Part shown: positions 36,747 to 46,075 of the stretch, in pieces
How positions within the stretch are numbered: the first letter of the stretch is position 1
Layout of the letters: every line of letters begins with the position of its first letter
Source of the DNA: a virus
Lineage: Duplodnaviria > Caudoviricetes
Reading direction: 5' to 3' (one strand)
DNA: 52,387 nt
IMG/VR virus record: IMGVR_UViG_3300021378_000034
Coordinates: 1 to 52,387 of that record
Notes under the pieces: model-generated
The model's database searches: none
What the model was told of the DNA's origin: nothing
Seen by the model: only the letters and a program-made list of their open reading frames with translations
Made by a program: the position numbers and the translations under genes

Positions 36747-38468
36747 TTATCCGTCACAAGCTAAACAATTTTCATCCATTGCAGCTTCTGCAATATCACC
36801 TCTAAGAACAGATTCTGTTCTCATATAATATAAGGTTTTAATACCTTTCTTCCACGCTTCATAATGAACCTTATTAATCCACTTGGGTTCTGCAATACTT
36901 GGAAACGCTAAATTTAAACTAACAGATTGATCTATATACTGTTGTCTTATTCCAGCTTGATTAACTAATTCTAATTGATTAAGTTCTTTAAATGTTTTGA
37001 AAACTTCTTTAGCAGGTGTTTCCCATTTACCTACCGTAATATTATTAAGTTCTTTAACACCTTGAACTGAACCTCCATCTTTTAATATTTTATTCCAAAC
37101 CTTTTCATTATTAATTTTATGCTTTTTTAACAGCTTTAATAATGTAGGGTTCTTGCGAATGAAAGTACCCTTAGCACTTTGCTCCGTAAATACATTAGCG
37201 GCCCAGGGTTCGATACCGGGAGAAACATTGCCACTAAGTTTACTATTGCTAACAGTAGGAGCAATGGCACGGAGATGAGTATTCCTAAAACCTGAACCCC
37301 TACACCATAGAGGTTCACCAAATTCTTCTGCAAGTGCCATTGAAGCTCTCTCACTTTCAATTTTAATTTGTGAAAATATTTTTCTTGTTTCATATTGTGA
37401 TAATAATCCTTCAAACGGTAAACCTTGATCTTGTAAATAAGTATGCCAGCCAAGCACCCCTAATCCTAAAGCTCTACCTTTTTCAGCAGATCTTACAGAA
37501 TTATGAAAGCCAACTTTACCTTTAGATTTTTGTATAAATTCTTCTAACACGCCATCTAAAAACCATATACTATCGTATATTAGATTAGTGTTTTTCCACT
37601 CATCGTATTTGGCTAAATTCAACGATGATAAACAACAAACAAACGAATGTGATTCATCTGTGTGTAATGTTATTTCACTACATATGTTTGTCATATGTAC
37701 TTTTAACCCGTGCTTTCTGTATTGCTCTGGGTTATTTTTATTTGTATTGCCCTTAAATAAGATATAAGGCTCTCCAGTTGCTTTACGCTTTTGAAGTAGC
37801 TTTCCCCACTTCTTTCTAGCTTTAGCATCTCCACTTTCAACTCTTCGCATGAACTTGTCGCCGACCACAGCGCACTGGTGGAGGTTGAGCGATTGACGAT
37901 TAACGTCTCCTTTAGGTTCTCTAATCTCAAGCCATTCTTCAAAGTCGGGATGTTCAATATTGATGTTAACTGAAGCAGCTCCTCGTCTGACAGACCCTTG
38001 ATTAGTGGCCAGTATTGTCGAATCGTATATCTTACAAAAAGGGACAACTCCATCACTTGTTCCATTTCCCTTAATTTTGTCGCCAGCGGGTCTGATTTGA
38101 TTTATGCCAATGCCAACTCCACCGCCGTGCTTAGCGAGTAGCATCATCTCTAAATTTTTATTTCCAATGTCATATATTGAATCTGCCACATCCATGCCAA
38201 AGCATGATATTGGCAAACCCCTGTCTGAGCCAGTATTAGATAGCACAGGAGAAGCCAAACATAGCCAACCATTCCATATATATTCAAAAAATGTTTTAGC
38301 TAGTTCTGGGCGTCCTAAACGCTTCGCTACTGTTTCGCATACACGATTGTAGGCATCTTTTGGTGATTCGTCTTTAATTAAATATCCACCACCAATAGTT
38401 TTTTTATAAACATCAGTTTCACCCCAGGCAGGATAATCAATTCCTTTTTTCCAGTTATTGTTCCACAT
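36747..38468 (-). CDS. nrdA: Class I ribonucleotide reductase alpha subunit (compact, no ATP cone)
   Basis: PISCF, KHGGGVG, TNICSEI, IAPTVS, DQSVSLN, KTLYY and C-terminal CLACDG. Confidence 0.95.
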   Translation of the reverse strand: MWNNNWKKGIDYPAWGETDVYKKTIGGGYLIKDESPKDAYNRVCETVAKRLGRPELAKTFFEYIWNGWLCLASPVLSNTGSDRGLPISCFGMDVADSIYDIGNKNLEMMLLAKHGGGVGIGINQIRPAGDKIKGNGTSDGVVPFCKIYDSTILATNQGSVRRGAASVNINIEHPDFEEWLEIREPKGDVNRQSLNLHQCAVVGDKFMRRVESGDAKARKKWGKLLQKRKATGEPYILFKGNTNKNNPEQYRKHGLKVHMTNICSEITLHTDESHSFVCCLSSLNLAKYDEWKNTNLIYDSIWFLDGVLEEFIQKSKGKVGFHNSVRSAEKGRALGLGVLGWHTYLQDQGLPFEGLLSQYETRKIFSQIKIESERASMALAEEFGEPLWCRGSGFRNTHLRAIAPTVSNSKLSGNVSPGIEPWAANVFTEQSAKGTFIRKNPTLLKLLKKHKINNEKVWNKILKDGGSVQGVKELNNITVGKWETPAKEVFKTFKELNQLELVNQAGIRQQYIDQSVSLNLAFPSIAEPKWINKVHYEAWKKGIKTLYYMRTESVLRGDIAEAAMDENCLACDG

Positions 38469-38661
38469 CTCTTTTTTCTAATTCTTTAAGTTCTTCAACA
38501 AGCTTATCCCATTCCTCTTGCCCAATATGTAATTGAAAAGAAGTAAGGGTGCCCTGAGCTAACATTTTAACAGCATCTAAATCTTTTAATGCTCTTGTTA
38601 AAGCACCACCCAAAACTTCAACTTGTTCTTGTAATTGTTTTATATTTTTTTGTACTCCCAT
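38455..38661 (-). CDS. Hypothetical helical protein
   Basis: ORF between nrdB and nrdA. Confidence 0.6.
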   Translation of the reverse strand: MGVQKNIKQLQEQVEVLGGALTRALKDLDAVKMLAQGTLTSFQLHIGQEEWDKLVEELKELEKRDVEQ

Positions 38662-38673
38662 AATTTTTAATTT

Positions 38674-39651
38674 TTACCAAACGTCTTCAAAATCTTCGCC
38701 TTCATTTGCTTTACTATAGTCAGTCGGCCTAATAGCGAAGAAATCAGTGTGAGTGTGACCCCCAGTAAGATGGTCGAACCAAGCCATTTTGTCAATTGAC
38801 TTTTGGTCATATTCGAATTTAAATTTTCCTTCTGCTTTATAGCCCAATTCTTTAATTTTATCACTTGTTCGTTTTTTAATAAAATGTTTAAGGTCATATT
38901 CTGTTATTCCTTCAATATCACCCATTTCAAATAACTTGCTTATGTAAGTCATTTCCGCATTGTGCATAGTTAATGCTGCGTCGTAAATGTGTTCTTTGCA
39001 TTCTTCTTTTAAACCAGGAATTTGCGAACACATATGTCTAAATAATTGGCATCCCATTTTAGAATGCAATGATTCATCTCTAACTGACCACTTCATTTGT
39101 TGGCCAACACCTTTTAATAAGTTACGCATTTGAAAACTGTATAGCACAGCGAATGCGGAATATAAACTAACGCCTTCTGCAAAAGCAGAAAATGTAGCTA
39201 ATGATTTACCTATACCTACAGGATCATTACCGTCATAAGCAACTAAGTTATCAAACCTAGCGGCCGTTGCAGGTTCATGTAAGAATGCTTCATAATCCTC
39301 TAAGCCTAATGTTTCATTTAAGTAACTATAAGCTACTGCGTGAATTGTTTCTTGTGAACCAAACATCATAGCCATTTGTTGTATTTCGTGCTTAGGAAAC
39401 CAGCCAACAACTTTTTGTGTCCAGTAATCTGATACAGCACATTCAGTTTGGGCAAAGCCTAATAATATATTGCCAACTAAGTTTTTTTCTTTGTCATTTA
39501 GTTTTTCGTTCCAATCTTTTAAATCACCTGACATAGGTATTTCAGTATGTAACCAAAATGCTTGCGCTTGCTTTAACCAACCTTCTGTATAATATTCAGG
39601 ATATTCAAAAGGCTTGTAAGGGATTCTTTCTGTAAATAAGGGTGCTTTCAT
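38674..39651 (-). CDS. nrdB: Class I ribonucleotide reductase beta subunit
   Basis: ETIHAVAY, EGVSLYSAF, RDESLH metal-ligand motifs and DFF C-terminus. Confidence 0.95.
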   Translation of the reverse strand: MKAPLFTERIPYKPFEYPEYYTEGWLKQAQAFWLHTEIPMSGDLKDWNEKLNDKEKNLVGNILLGFAQTECAVSDYWTQKVVGWFPKHEIQQMAMMFGSQETIHAVAYSYLNETLGLEDYEAFLHEPATAARFDNLVAYDGNDPVGIGKSLATFSAFAEGVSLYSAFAVLYSFQMRNLLKGVGQQMKWSVRDESLHSKMGCQLFRHMCSQIPGLKEECKEHIYDAALTMHNAEMTYISKLFEMGDIEGITEYDLKHFIKKRTSDKIKELGYKAEGKFKFEYDQKSIDKMAWFDHLTGGHTHTDFFAIRPTDYSKANEGEDFEDVW

Positions 39652-39652
39652 A

Positions 39653-39799
39653 TTAATGTTCTATTTCAATTGCAATATCTACAAAAGGTAGATAAAGTAC
39701 GTGTTGTGTGTGCGTTGGTCCTTCGTAGGTTCTGGCCCCGAATAATATTCCGGGGTAAGTTCCTAAAGCCATAGACCATTTGCTTTGTTTTTTATCCAT
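39653..39799 (-). CDS. Small hypothetical protein (not in ORF track)
   Basis: 48 aa MDKKQSKWSMALGTYPGILFG...; fills the gap and abuts nrdB. Confidence 0.55.
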   Translation of the reverse strand: MDKKQSKWSMALGTYPGILFGARTYEGPTHTQHVLYLPFVDIAIEIEH

Positions 39800-39965
39800 A
39801 ACATTTAACGTTATATTGTTCATGTATCATTATAAGATCTTTCCATTTTAAATGTCCTCTTTTATTCACAGTCCATTTAATGTACGTGTCTATTTTACGT
39901 TCTTTATATTTCCTTCTAGCTAAATGCTTTCCGGAGACTTTATTAGTTCTATTACCTGATCGCAT
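39792..39965 (-). CDS. Small basic hypothetical protein (not in ORF track)
   Basis: 57 aa MRSGNR...QYNVKCYG, overlapping both neighbours. Confidence 0.45.
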   Translation of the reverse strand: MRSGNRTNKVSGKHLARRKYKERKIDTYIKWTVNKRGHLKWKDLIMIHEQYNVKCYG

Positions 39966-40375
39966 TCTTTTTGATTTTGTGGTTTATATAAAGTGTAACC
40001 AGGAAACTGTTTAGTCATTAGATGTTTAAACAACTTCCATCGTATAGGGAAAGATTCATTTGGTCTGCCTTTTGTTTCTATTATAAAATTTTCGCCAATA
40101 AAATCTGGTGTATATTTAATCGGTAGTATTCTTTTACAGCCTCTATTTTTAAATATACCTTTGCTGTTAGCTTGTCTTTCATATACTTTGTTTTCAAAAT
40201 GAAAACCATTAATTAAAACAAAAGTTTCACCTTCGTATTTGGTTCTTATATTAGCAACTTTAAGAGCTTTATACATATATTTTTCTAAACCAGAAGCGAA
40301 GTGGATCCCGTCATAAATAACTTTCTTAGCTACAACAGGACCTCTTTTTCTTTTATATACTCTTTTCTTTCTCAT
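39920..40375 (-). CDS. Endonuclease I-like Holliday junction resolvase
   Basis: FASGLE...YE...YTPDF...IIETKG (PD-(D/E)xK, T7 gp3-like). Start set at MRKKR. Confidence 0.8.
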   Translation of the reverse strand: MRKKRVYKRKRGPVVAKKVIYDGIHFASGLEKYMYKALKVANIRTKYEGETFVLINGFHFENKVYERQANSKGIFKNRGCKRILPIKYTPDFIGENFIIETKGRPNESFPIRWKLFKHLMTKQFPGYTLYKPQNQKECDQVIELIKSPESI

Positions 40376-40571
40376 ATGTTTCTTTAGCTTTTTGTAAATA
40401 CAAAACAGCATCCATAAGTTCTTCTTGTAAATGATTTAGCCAATCGACTACTTTAGAAGGATCGTCTTCAAGTGTAATGCCATATTTTTCATAGCCTACA
40501 TCTGATCGCTGTTTAAATTTGTCTACGACTCGTTCAACAACAGGGTCTCTAAATTTACATTTACAGCTCAT
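40353..40571 (-). CDS. Small all-alpha NTP-pyrophosphatase-like protein
   Basis: GYEKYG...WLNHLQEELMDAVLY, with an EExxD motif. Confidence 0.55.
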   Translation of the reverse strand: MSCKCKFRDPVVERVVDKFKQRSDVGYEKYGITLEDDPSKVVDWLNHLQEELMDAVLYLQKAKETYEKEKSI

Positions 40572-41337
40572 CTTTCACAAATGTTCCGTTAATCATTTTA
40601 CCAGTTCTTTTGCTGATAACATTGTAAGCCGCTTTAATGCAAGCTTCAATTTTAACACCTCTTATGTGTGCTAAATTAGTTAATACAACTACAATATCAC
40701 CAATAGCATCTATAACTTCTAACTGATCATTTTTTAATAATGCTTTAGCTAACTCACCAGCTTCTTCTTGAAGCTTAACATATTGAGTATTTTGATCACC
40801 TTTTTCATATAAGCCTCTTACTTTGGCCCATGTTCTAATATTATCAAATACTTGTGAGTCATCGTCTGTATTTACTTCAAGTGATTCTAAGCTGTTATGT
40901 TTACAATAAAATTCCCATAGAGCTTTATTATATACATAGCTTCTATCACTATTAAACATAGACGTATGGCTATTAGACGCAATCCATTGAGCTGTTTCAA
41001 CATCTAATAATATTTTGCCAAAGTCTGTTTTCCACACCATTCCTAAACCGTCCATTAATCTACCTTTCAGTTTATTAACTGGAACAGGAAATGTTGTTGT
41101 TTGTTCTGTTACGTTTACTTTCATTTTAAATAAATTTTTATAAGGTTTAATATCTACTTTATAGCCATAAGACGTTTGAAGTTCTAGCTCTCTCTTTGAT
41201 ATATAATCTATATCATCAGACTGATCTAAAACTTCGTATTCATTAGGCTTATAACCCTGCGTTTGCGTAACTCTCTTATTAAGATTACGTGTAACGCCGA
41301 TTTTTTTACCCGGAATGTGATATAAATAATACATCAT
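40561..41337 (-). CDS. MazG-like pyrophosphohydrolase with GIY-YIG-like N-terminal extension
   Basis: C-terminal KLQEEAGEL...DAIGD; N-terminal YYLYHI..KKIGVT.NL.KR. Confidence 0.75.
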   Translation of the reverse strand: MMYYLYHIPGKKIGVTRNLNKRVTQTQGYKPNEYEVLDQSDDIDYISKRELELQTSYGYKVDIKPYKNLFKMKVNVTEQTTTFPVPVNKLKGRLMDGLGMVWKTDFGKILLDVETAQWIASNSHTSMFNSDRSYVYNKALWEFYCKHNSLESLEVNTDDDSQVFDNIRTWAKVRGLYEKGDQNTQYVKLQEEAGELAKALLKNDQLEVIDAIGDIVVVLTNLAHIRGVKIEACIKAAYNVISKRTGKMINGTFVKDEL

Positions 41338-42182
41338 TTGCCAACATTTAATTTTGCTGGTATTGCAGGCAGCGGGTTATAATTAGATATGGTTATTAAT
41401 TCTTTACTCGGTATATACAATTCATTATCAATTATATCAATACCTCTTTGCAAATCTAAGTCAGGCAAATCGTTTGTTTCTTTTCTATAAGCATAACAAT
41501 TTGCTGCATCAATATGATTTTTATATATATGGCAATCACCTAATTGCGCTATTAGTTTACCAGGAGTGTAATCTGTTTCTTTACATAGTAGCTCCAACAA
41601 TAAACCGTACATAGCTATGTCATAAGGCAATCCTAAAAATACATCAGCAGATCTTTGCATCCACATTAAATCCATTTTACCATTGTTGATATAAACTTGA
41701 AAAGCATAATGACAAGGAGGTAAGGCCATGTCTTTTAATTGGCCAACATTCCATGCATTAACCATCAATCTTCTTGAGCTTGGGTTTTCTTTTATGTTTT
41801 TAACTAAGTTAAATAATTGATCTTCATAAATTGTATAATAACCATTAATTACTTTCCAGTTACGCCATTGCGCACCGTAGACAGGGCCTAACGTTCCGTC
41901 TGTTCTGCCTGATCTTTTATAATCAGCATCCCAATAAGTTACATTATTATCCTGTAAGTATTTCATATCTGTTTTGCCGTGTAAAATCCAAAGCAATTCA
42001 GTCCTTGCGGAATTGAAATACATTCTCTTATTTGTTAATAAAGGAAAGCCTAAAGACATGTCATGAACAAGTTGTCTACCAAATACAGATTTAGTTCCAA
42101 CACCTGTTCTATCGTCTTTATCAACGCCTGATCCTAATATACCAGACACTAATCCTCTATATTCATTTTCTATATTTATCAT
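41334..42182 (-). CDS. thyA: Thymidylate synthase
   Basis: DRTGVGT, LGPVYG.QWR, MALPPCH, QRSADVFLGLP and HIY.NH. Start set at MINIE. Confidence 0.95.
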   Translation of the reverse strand: MINIENEYRGLVSGILGSGVDKDDRTGVGTKSVFGRQLVHDMSLGFPLLTNKRMYFNSARTELLWILHGKTDMKYLQDNNVTYWDADYKRSGRTDGTLGPVYGAQWRNWKVINGYYTIYEDQLFNLVKNIKENPSSRRLMVNAWNVGQLKDMALPPCHYAFQVYINNGKMDLMWMQRSADVFLGLPYDIAMYGLLLELLCKETDYTPGKLIAQLGDCHIYKNHIDAANCYAYRKETNDLPDLDLQRGIDIIDNELYIPSKELITISNYNPLPAIPAKLNVGK

Positions 42183-42438
42183 AATAATATTTACACATTC
42201 TATAATATTCTGGCCATAATGTTTCTTTATCGTATACGTGTGGAGCAAAGTTACACTTCTCTCCTTTTTTATACGGACCTAAGTTTATACATATTTTCCA
42301 TTGGCCATCTAATGGCATAGCCCAGGGTGATATTCTTATATTGTTTCTTGTACAATATAATTTCCAATCTTGTTCTTCTGGGGTTGGCATATACGGCGGA
42401 AGATAATTTGGTTTTCTTCTTTTGTATAAACTTTTCAT
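42163..42438 (-). CDS. Hypothetical protein
   Basis: Overlap-coupled ORF between primase-helicase and thyA. Confidence 0.55.
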   Translation of the reverse strand: MKSLYKRRKPNYLPPYMPTPEEQDWKLYCTRNNIRISPWAMPLDGQWKICINLGPYKKGEKCNFAPHVYDKETLWPEYYRMCKYYYDKYRK

Positions 42439-44162
42439 AAATCCCAGGGCATAGGTTCATTTTCGTGTATAGCAAGTTGATGTGGTATAAAACAAACTGA
42501 TCTTGGTTCCCAAGTAAAATGAGCTTCAGCTCCATTCTCTCCAAGGTTTTGAAACTTAACTTTTAAAACTTTAGCTTTAACAGTTTTGTTTTCATAATCT
42601 CTGTGAACTAATATACCGTGGTAAGATGCATCATACCATTCGCCTCCTCCTTTAATATTATACATAGTTGGTTCTTCAATCTTACCATTACTATCTTTAT
42701 ACATTTTAGTTGGATGCGCTACTATAAACACTAATACGTCGTACTTTTTTGCAAATATTTCAATCTTAGTTAAGTATTCCATAGTATACCTATTAACATC
42801 TTCAGTCTTGCAATCGACGTCTCTGACTTTATTAAATGGGTCTATAACCAAACATTTAATACCTTTACGCTTAACTAGCTCAGCACCTTTTCTTAATACT
42901 GATTCTAAAGTATAGCGTTCCATATCGATAAAGTAAAAGTTATCATTAACGTGTTCCGCTACTTGATTCCATTTATCGCTACCAATATCTGTTTTCTTTG
43001 GCATGTCTTGCCAAACTTTTCTCATTAACTTATGAGCATGTAAATAAGTAGGAGCGTTCTCAGGAGATGCAAATGCTGTTTTCCATTGGTACTTCTGATT
43101 ATAACCTACTACCATCTGATCAACGAAATCTGACTTTCCGCTACTAGGTATCCCAGTAACAGTGATAAACTGACCAGTATAAGTACTAAAAATATCGTCA
43201 AAATTAGGTAAACCAATTTGATACCCACGTTTGAAACCATTTCGTACAAAGTCTGTAATTTCATCTTCTATATCTTTTAAAGTTGTTACATTTTCTAATG
43301 GAACCGGTCTTGCTCCTTCAATACGTTTAATTAATTTCTCTTTACCGTATTTTATTAGATATTCATTTGCGTCTTTACAATCTTCAAATGTAGCTATGTA
43401 ACAAACTTCTGCTCCGAGTCTTCTTATAAATTCTTGTTGTAGTGCCTGACCTGGTTCGTCATTATCTACGGCTAGTATTACTCTTTCTTTATTTTCAAAG
43501 TAATCTATGCAGTTATCCAAATAATCTAAGTTATTTGAATTAAGTGTTGCTCCGTTAGGAACTGATATTGCATTTTTAATTCCAGCTTCATGAAGCGCTA
43601 ATACATCTATTTCGCCTTCTGTTATTACACAATCGTCATAACCAACTATACTGTTAATGTTATAAAATATCTTCTCAGCACCTTTATATAATTTGAAATT
43701 CTTTCTGCCGTCTCTATATTTAACATTAATAAGTTCGTCACCCATAATGTAATTAAACTGAATTGTATTCTCGGACTTGCCGGTCTGAGGCATAAATTCT
43801 TTACCTTCTGTAACATTTAAGTCATCTAAAGTTTTTTGAGATATACCTCTTGTTTTAAACCATTCGTATACTTTAGAGCCTAATTGCTTAGGATCAACAA
43901 CATTTAACGCATCGGGCCTGACATAATCTTTTAAGGCAGACCCTTTACGTTCGTAAGTATGTAATTGAAATGATGAATCACAATGATGACAAGTACCCAA
44001 TCCTCTTTCCCAATCGTAAGAAGCACACTTCTGTTTTCTATTCTCAGGTTTTCTATCAGACGAACACAGGGGACAAATCCCCTGTGCTTTACCAACATCT
44101 AAATTGTGTTGGTTAAACTGGTCGATTAAAAAACCATTAATCTCCGTGTTGTTTACTTGCAT
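42435..44162 (-). CDS. Primase-helicase (T7 gp4/Twinkle-like)
   Basis: Zn finger CPLC...CHHC, TOPRIM ITEGEID...DNDEPG, Walker A GIPSSGKS, VIDP and VAHP. Confidence 0.93.
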   Translation of the reverse strand: MQVNNTEINGFLIDQFNQHNLDVGKAQGICPLCSSDRKPENRKQKCASYDWERGLGTCHHCDSSFQLHTYERKGSALKDYVRPDALNVVDPKQLGSKVYEWFKTRGISQKTLDDLNVTEGKEFMPQTGKSENTIQFNYIMGDELINVKYRDGRKNFKLYKGAEKIFYNINSIVGYDDCVITEGEIDVLALHEAGIKNAISVPNGATLNSNNLDYLDNCIDYFENKERVILAVDNDEPGQALQQEFIRRLGAEVCYIATFEDCKDANEYLIKYGKEKLIKRIEGARPVPLENVTTLKDIEDEITDFVRNGFKRGYQIGLPNFDDIFSTYTGQFITVTGIPSSGKSDFVDQMVVGYNQKYQWKTAFASPENAPTYLHAHKLMRKVWQDMPKKTDIGSDKWNQVAEHVNDNFYFIDMERYTLESVLRKGAELVKRKGIKCLVIDPFNKVRDVDCKTEDVNRYTMEYLTKIEIFAKKYDVLVFIVAHPTKMYKDSNGKIEEPTMYNIKGGGEWYDASYHGILVHRDYENKTVKAKVLKVKFQNLGENGAEAHFTWEPRSVCFIPHQLAIHENEPMPWDL

Positions 44163-44173
44163 TAATTAACTAT

Positions 44174-44482
44174 TTAAAATGGTAAATCATCTGCTGGTGC
44201 CGGAGCAGCTACAGCTTGTGCTGGTTGGTCTGATCTTGGTGCAGCGCCAACATTATCTCCATTTGTCCAAACTACTTGAACATTACCTAAATAAACTTTA
44301 GGATTTTTAGCTTCTCTTTCCTCTTTGGATTGAGCAACTACAACCGGTCCTTGATTACCAAACTGATCTACTTCGTCATTTATTGTAATCGTAATAGGTA
44401 AATATTTACCCTTCTTACCAACAATGATCTTGTCCTTTGGTATCTCGTTAAGGTTGATACTTGTTTTAATTATACTAGCCAT
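44174..44482 (-). CDS. Probable single-stranded DNA-binding protein
   Basis: Small beta-rich protein with a flexible tail ending DDLPF; lies in the replication module. Confidence 0.7.
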   Translation of the reverse strand: MASIIKTSINLNEIPKDKIIVGKKGKYLPITITINDEVDQFGNQGPVVVAQSKEEREAKNPKVYLGNVQVVWTNGDNVGAAPRSDQPAQAVAAPAPADDLPF

Positions 44483-44483
44483 A

Positions 44484-44702
44484 TTATACTGCTGTTTGAA
44501 ATAAGTTATTGAACATAGTTCTTAGCTCAGTAGTTCCTACTGTAGCTCCCGTAGCTTGTAATCTACGTCTGAAGTTATCAGCTTTTTTGCTATACGCATG
44601 CAATCCATCATTAGATGTTTTGTTAGCGTAAAACTCCGTTGTTGGAAATGTCATTCCAGTCATTGCACATAATTTAGTTGTTGCTTTTTTTCTTCTTGCC
44701 AT
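44484..44702 (-). CDS. Hypothetical protein
   Basis: 72-aa basic ORF in the operon. Confidence 0.55.
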   Translation of the reverse strand: MARRKKATTKLCAMTGMTFPTTEFYANKTSNDGLHAYSKKADNFRRRLQATGATVGTTELRTMFNNLFQTAV

Positions 44703-44714
44703 AATATAAGGGTT

Positions 44715-45446
44715 TTAAAGGGTTAAATTCATAAAGTATTGTGAAGGTTCAAATCCTTCGGTTTTAAAAAATAAGTCGTAAGCCTCAGTGGCTCTTTTAA
44801 CTTTAGCTTCACCTGACTTATAAAAATCTGGTGAACAATCAATAACTGCGATTTGATGAGTGTTCTTATCCATTACCATGAATACAAATTCGTAGCCAAA
44901 CAATTTACTGTAAATATATGCTTGACTATCGTAATTGTAACGGTAAGCGGAACGCCTGAAAGCGTTTATGTCGGACGTGGTTTTCAGGTCAATGATTAAC
45001 TGATCATCATGGTTTATGATGTCAGCTTTTCCTTTCCACATATTACCTTCAAGCTCCACTATACCTGGCTTCTCATACTCAACATCAATGCCACGAACTA
45101 ATCCGCGACATATATCGTTCTTCATTAATTTCTCGGTCATCAATTCTATCTTGTCAACTTCGTGTTGTAATAAACACAATTCGCCGTTAGATATTTCTTT
45201 GTAATGTTTTGTATTTCTTGTACTGCTCTCAACTATCTTAAACTTCTTAAGCTTATCCGGTTCGAGTATTGCAGTATGGAAATATCCACCTACAAGAAAT
45301 GCTGATGACATTTTTGATTGCTGTCCTAAAGCTAAAGGATTAGTAAGCAAAGTAGATATGTCACTGTTACTTAAGTATTGTTTACCAAACTTGCCGTAAT
45401 AATGTTCATCTTCTTTTAACTTTTCTAATACCTTTTCTTTGTTCAT
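44715..45446 (-). CDS. PD-(D/E)xK exonuclease (RecE/ExoVIII-like)
   Basis: LSNSDI, G..FH.AILEP, KGKAD, IIDLKTT and Y.Y..QA..Y. Confidence 0.85.
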   Translation of the reverse strand: MNKEKVLEKLKEDEHYYGKFGKQYLSNSDISTLLTNPLALGQQSKMSSAFLVGGYFHTAILEPDKLKKFKIVESSTRNTKHYKEISNGELCLLQHEVDKIELMTEKLMKNDICRGLVRGIDVEYEKPGIVELEGNMWKGKADIINHDDQLIIDLKTTSDINAFRRSAYRYNYDSQAYIYSKLFGYEFVFMVMDKNTHQIAVIDCSPDFYKSGEAKVKRATEAYDLFFKTEGFEPSQYFMNLTL

Positions 45447-46022
45447 TTACAGGGTTGTTAATTCAATTAATTCTTTTTTAATGTTAGGAGTTAAATTATA
45501 CTTGGCTTCGATCACTGCCATTTTACCACCTGCTCTAATATAGTCTAAAGCTTTTTGAAATTTAGCGTCTTGATTAGACTTTATTTCAGCTTTGTTTGCG
45601 ACTGGTTTAGGCTTTGCAATGGTTGTTTTACCGTGATCATTTGATGCATCACTATCTTGTGTATCATCTATAAGTAACAAGTTGCCAAGTGCATACTTCT
45701 TACCATAACTCGAAGCGGACCCAAACTTTTGTGGAGTTTGCATACCCTTCTGATTTAAGTCTACACCAACTAATGCTGTAGCTTTTATTTCCATACCTTT
45801 TTCATCTTGAATAACAGCTGTGCTTTCAAGTATAGGCATAGGTTCAGTTGAGATTAATTTTTCTTTAATCCTTACCGATACTCCTAACTCTAAGAGATAG
45901 GGTTTAATTGCTTCGAGAATGTCTTCGGCTGATCTGAAGTTGTATTTGCCGAATGAGTTAAATCTACTTTTCTTCGATTTAAATTTTGTCTGAATGGTTG
46001 ACAGTTTTTGGTTTAGGGTCAT
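45447..46022 (-). CDS. ERF-family single-strand annealing protein
   Basis: GKYNFRSAEDIL and the GSASSYGKKYAL..L..I.D..D.D signature. Confidence 0.88.
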   Translation of the reverse strand: MTLNQKLSTIQTKFKSKKSRFNSFGKYNFRSAEDILEAIKPYLLELGVSVRIKEKLISTEPMPILESTAVIQDEKGMEIKATALVGVDLNQKGMQTPQKFGSASSYGKKYALGNLLLIDDTQDSDASNDHGKTTIAKPKPVANKAEIKSNQDAKFQKALDYIRAGGKMAVIEAKYNLTPNIKKELIELTTL

Positions 46023-46075
46023 ACTAATATTATTACATGTTAATTGTTAAACTTAAGTTCTCTATTTACCGTAAC

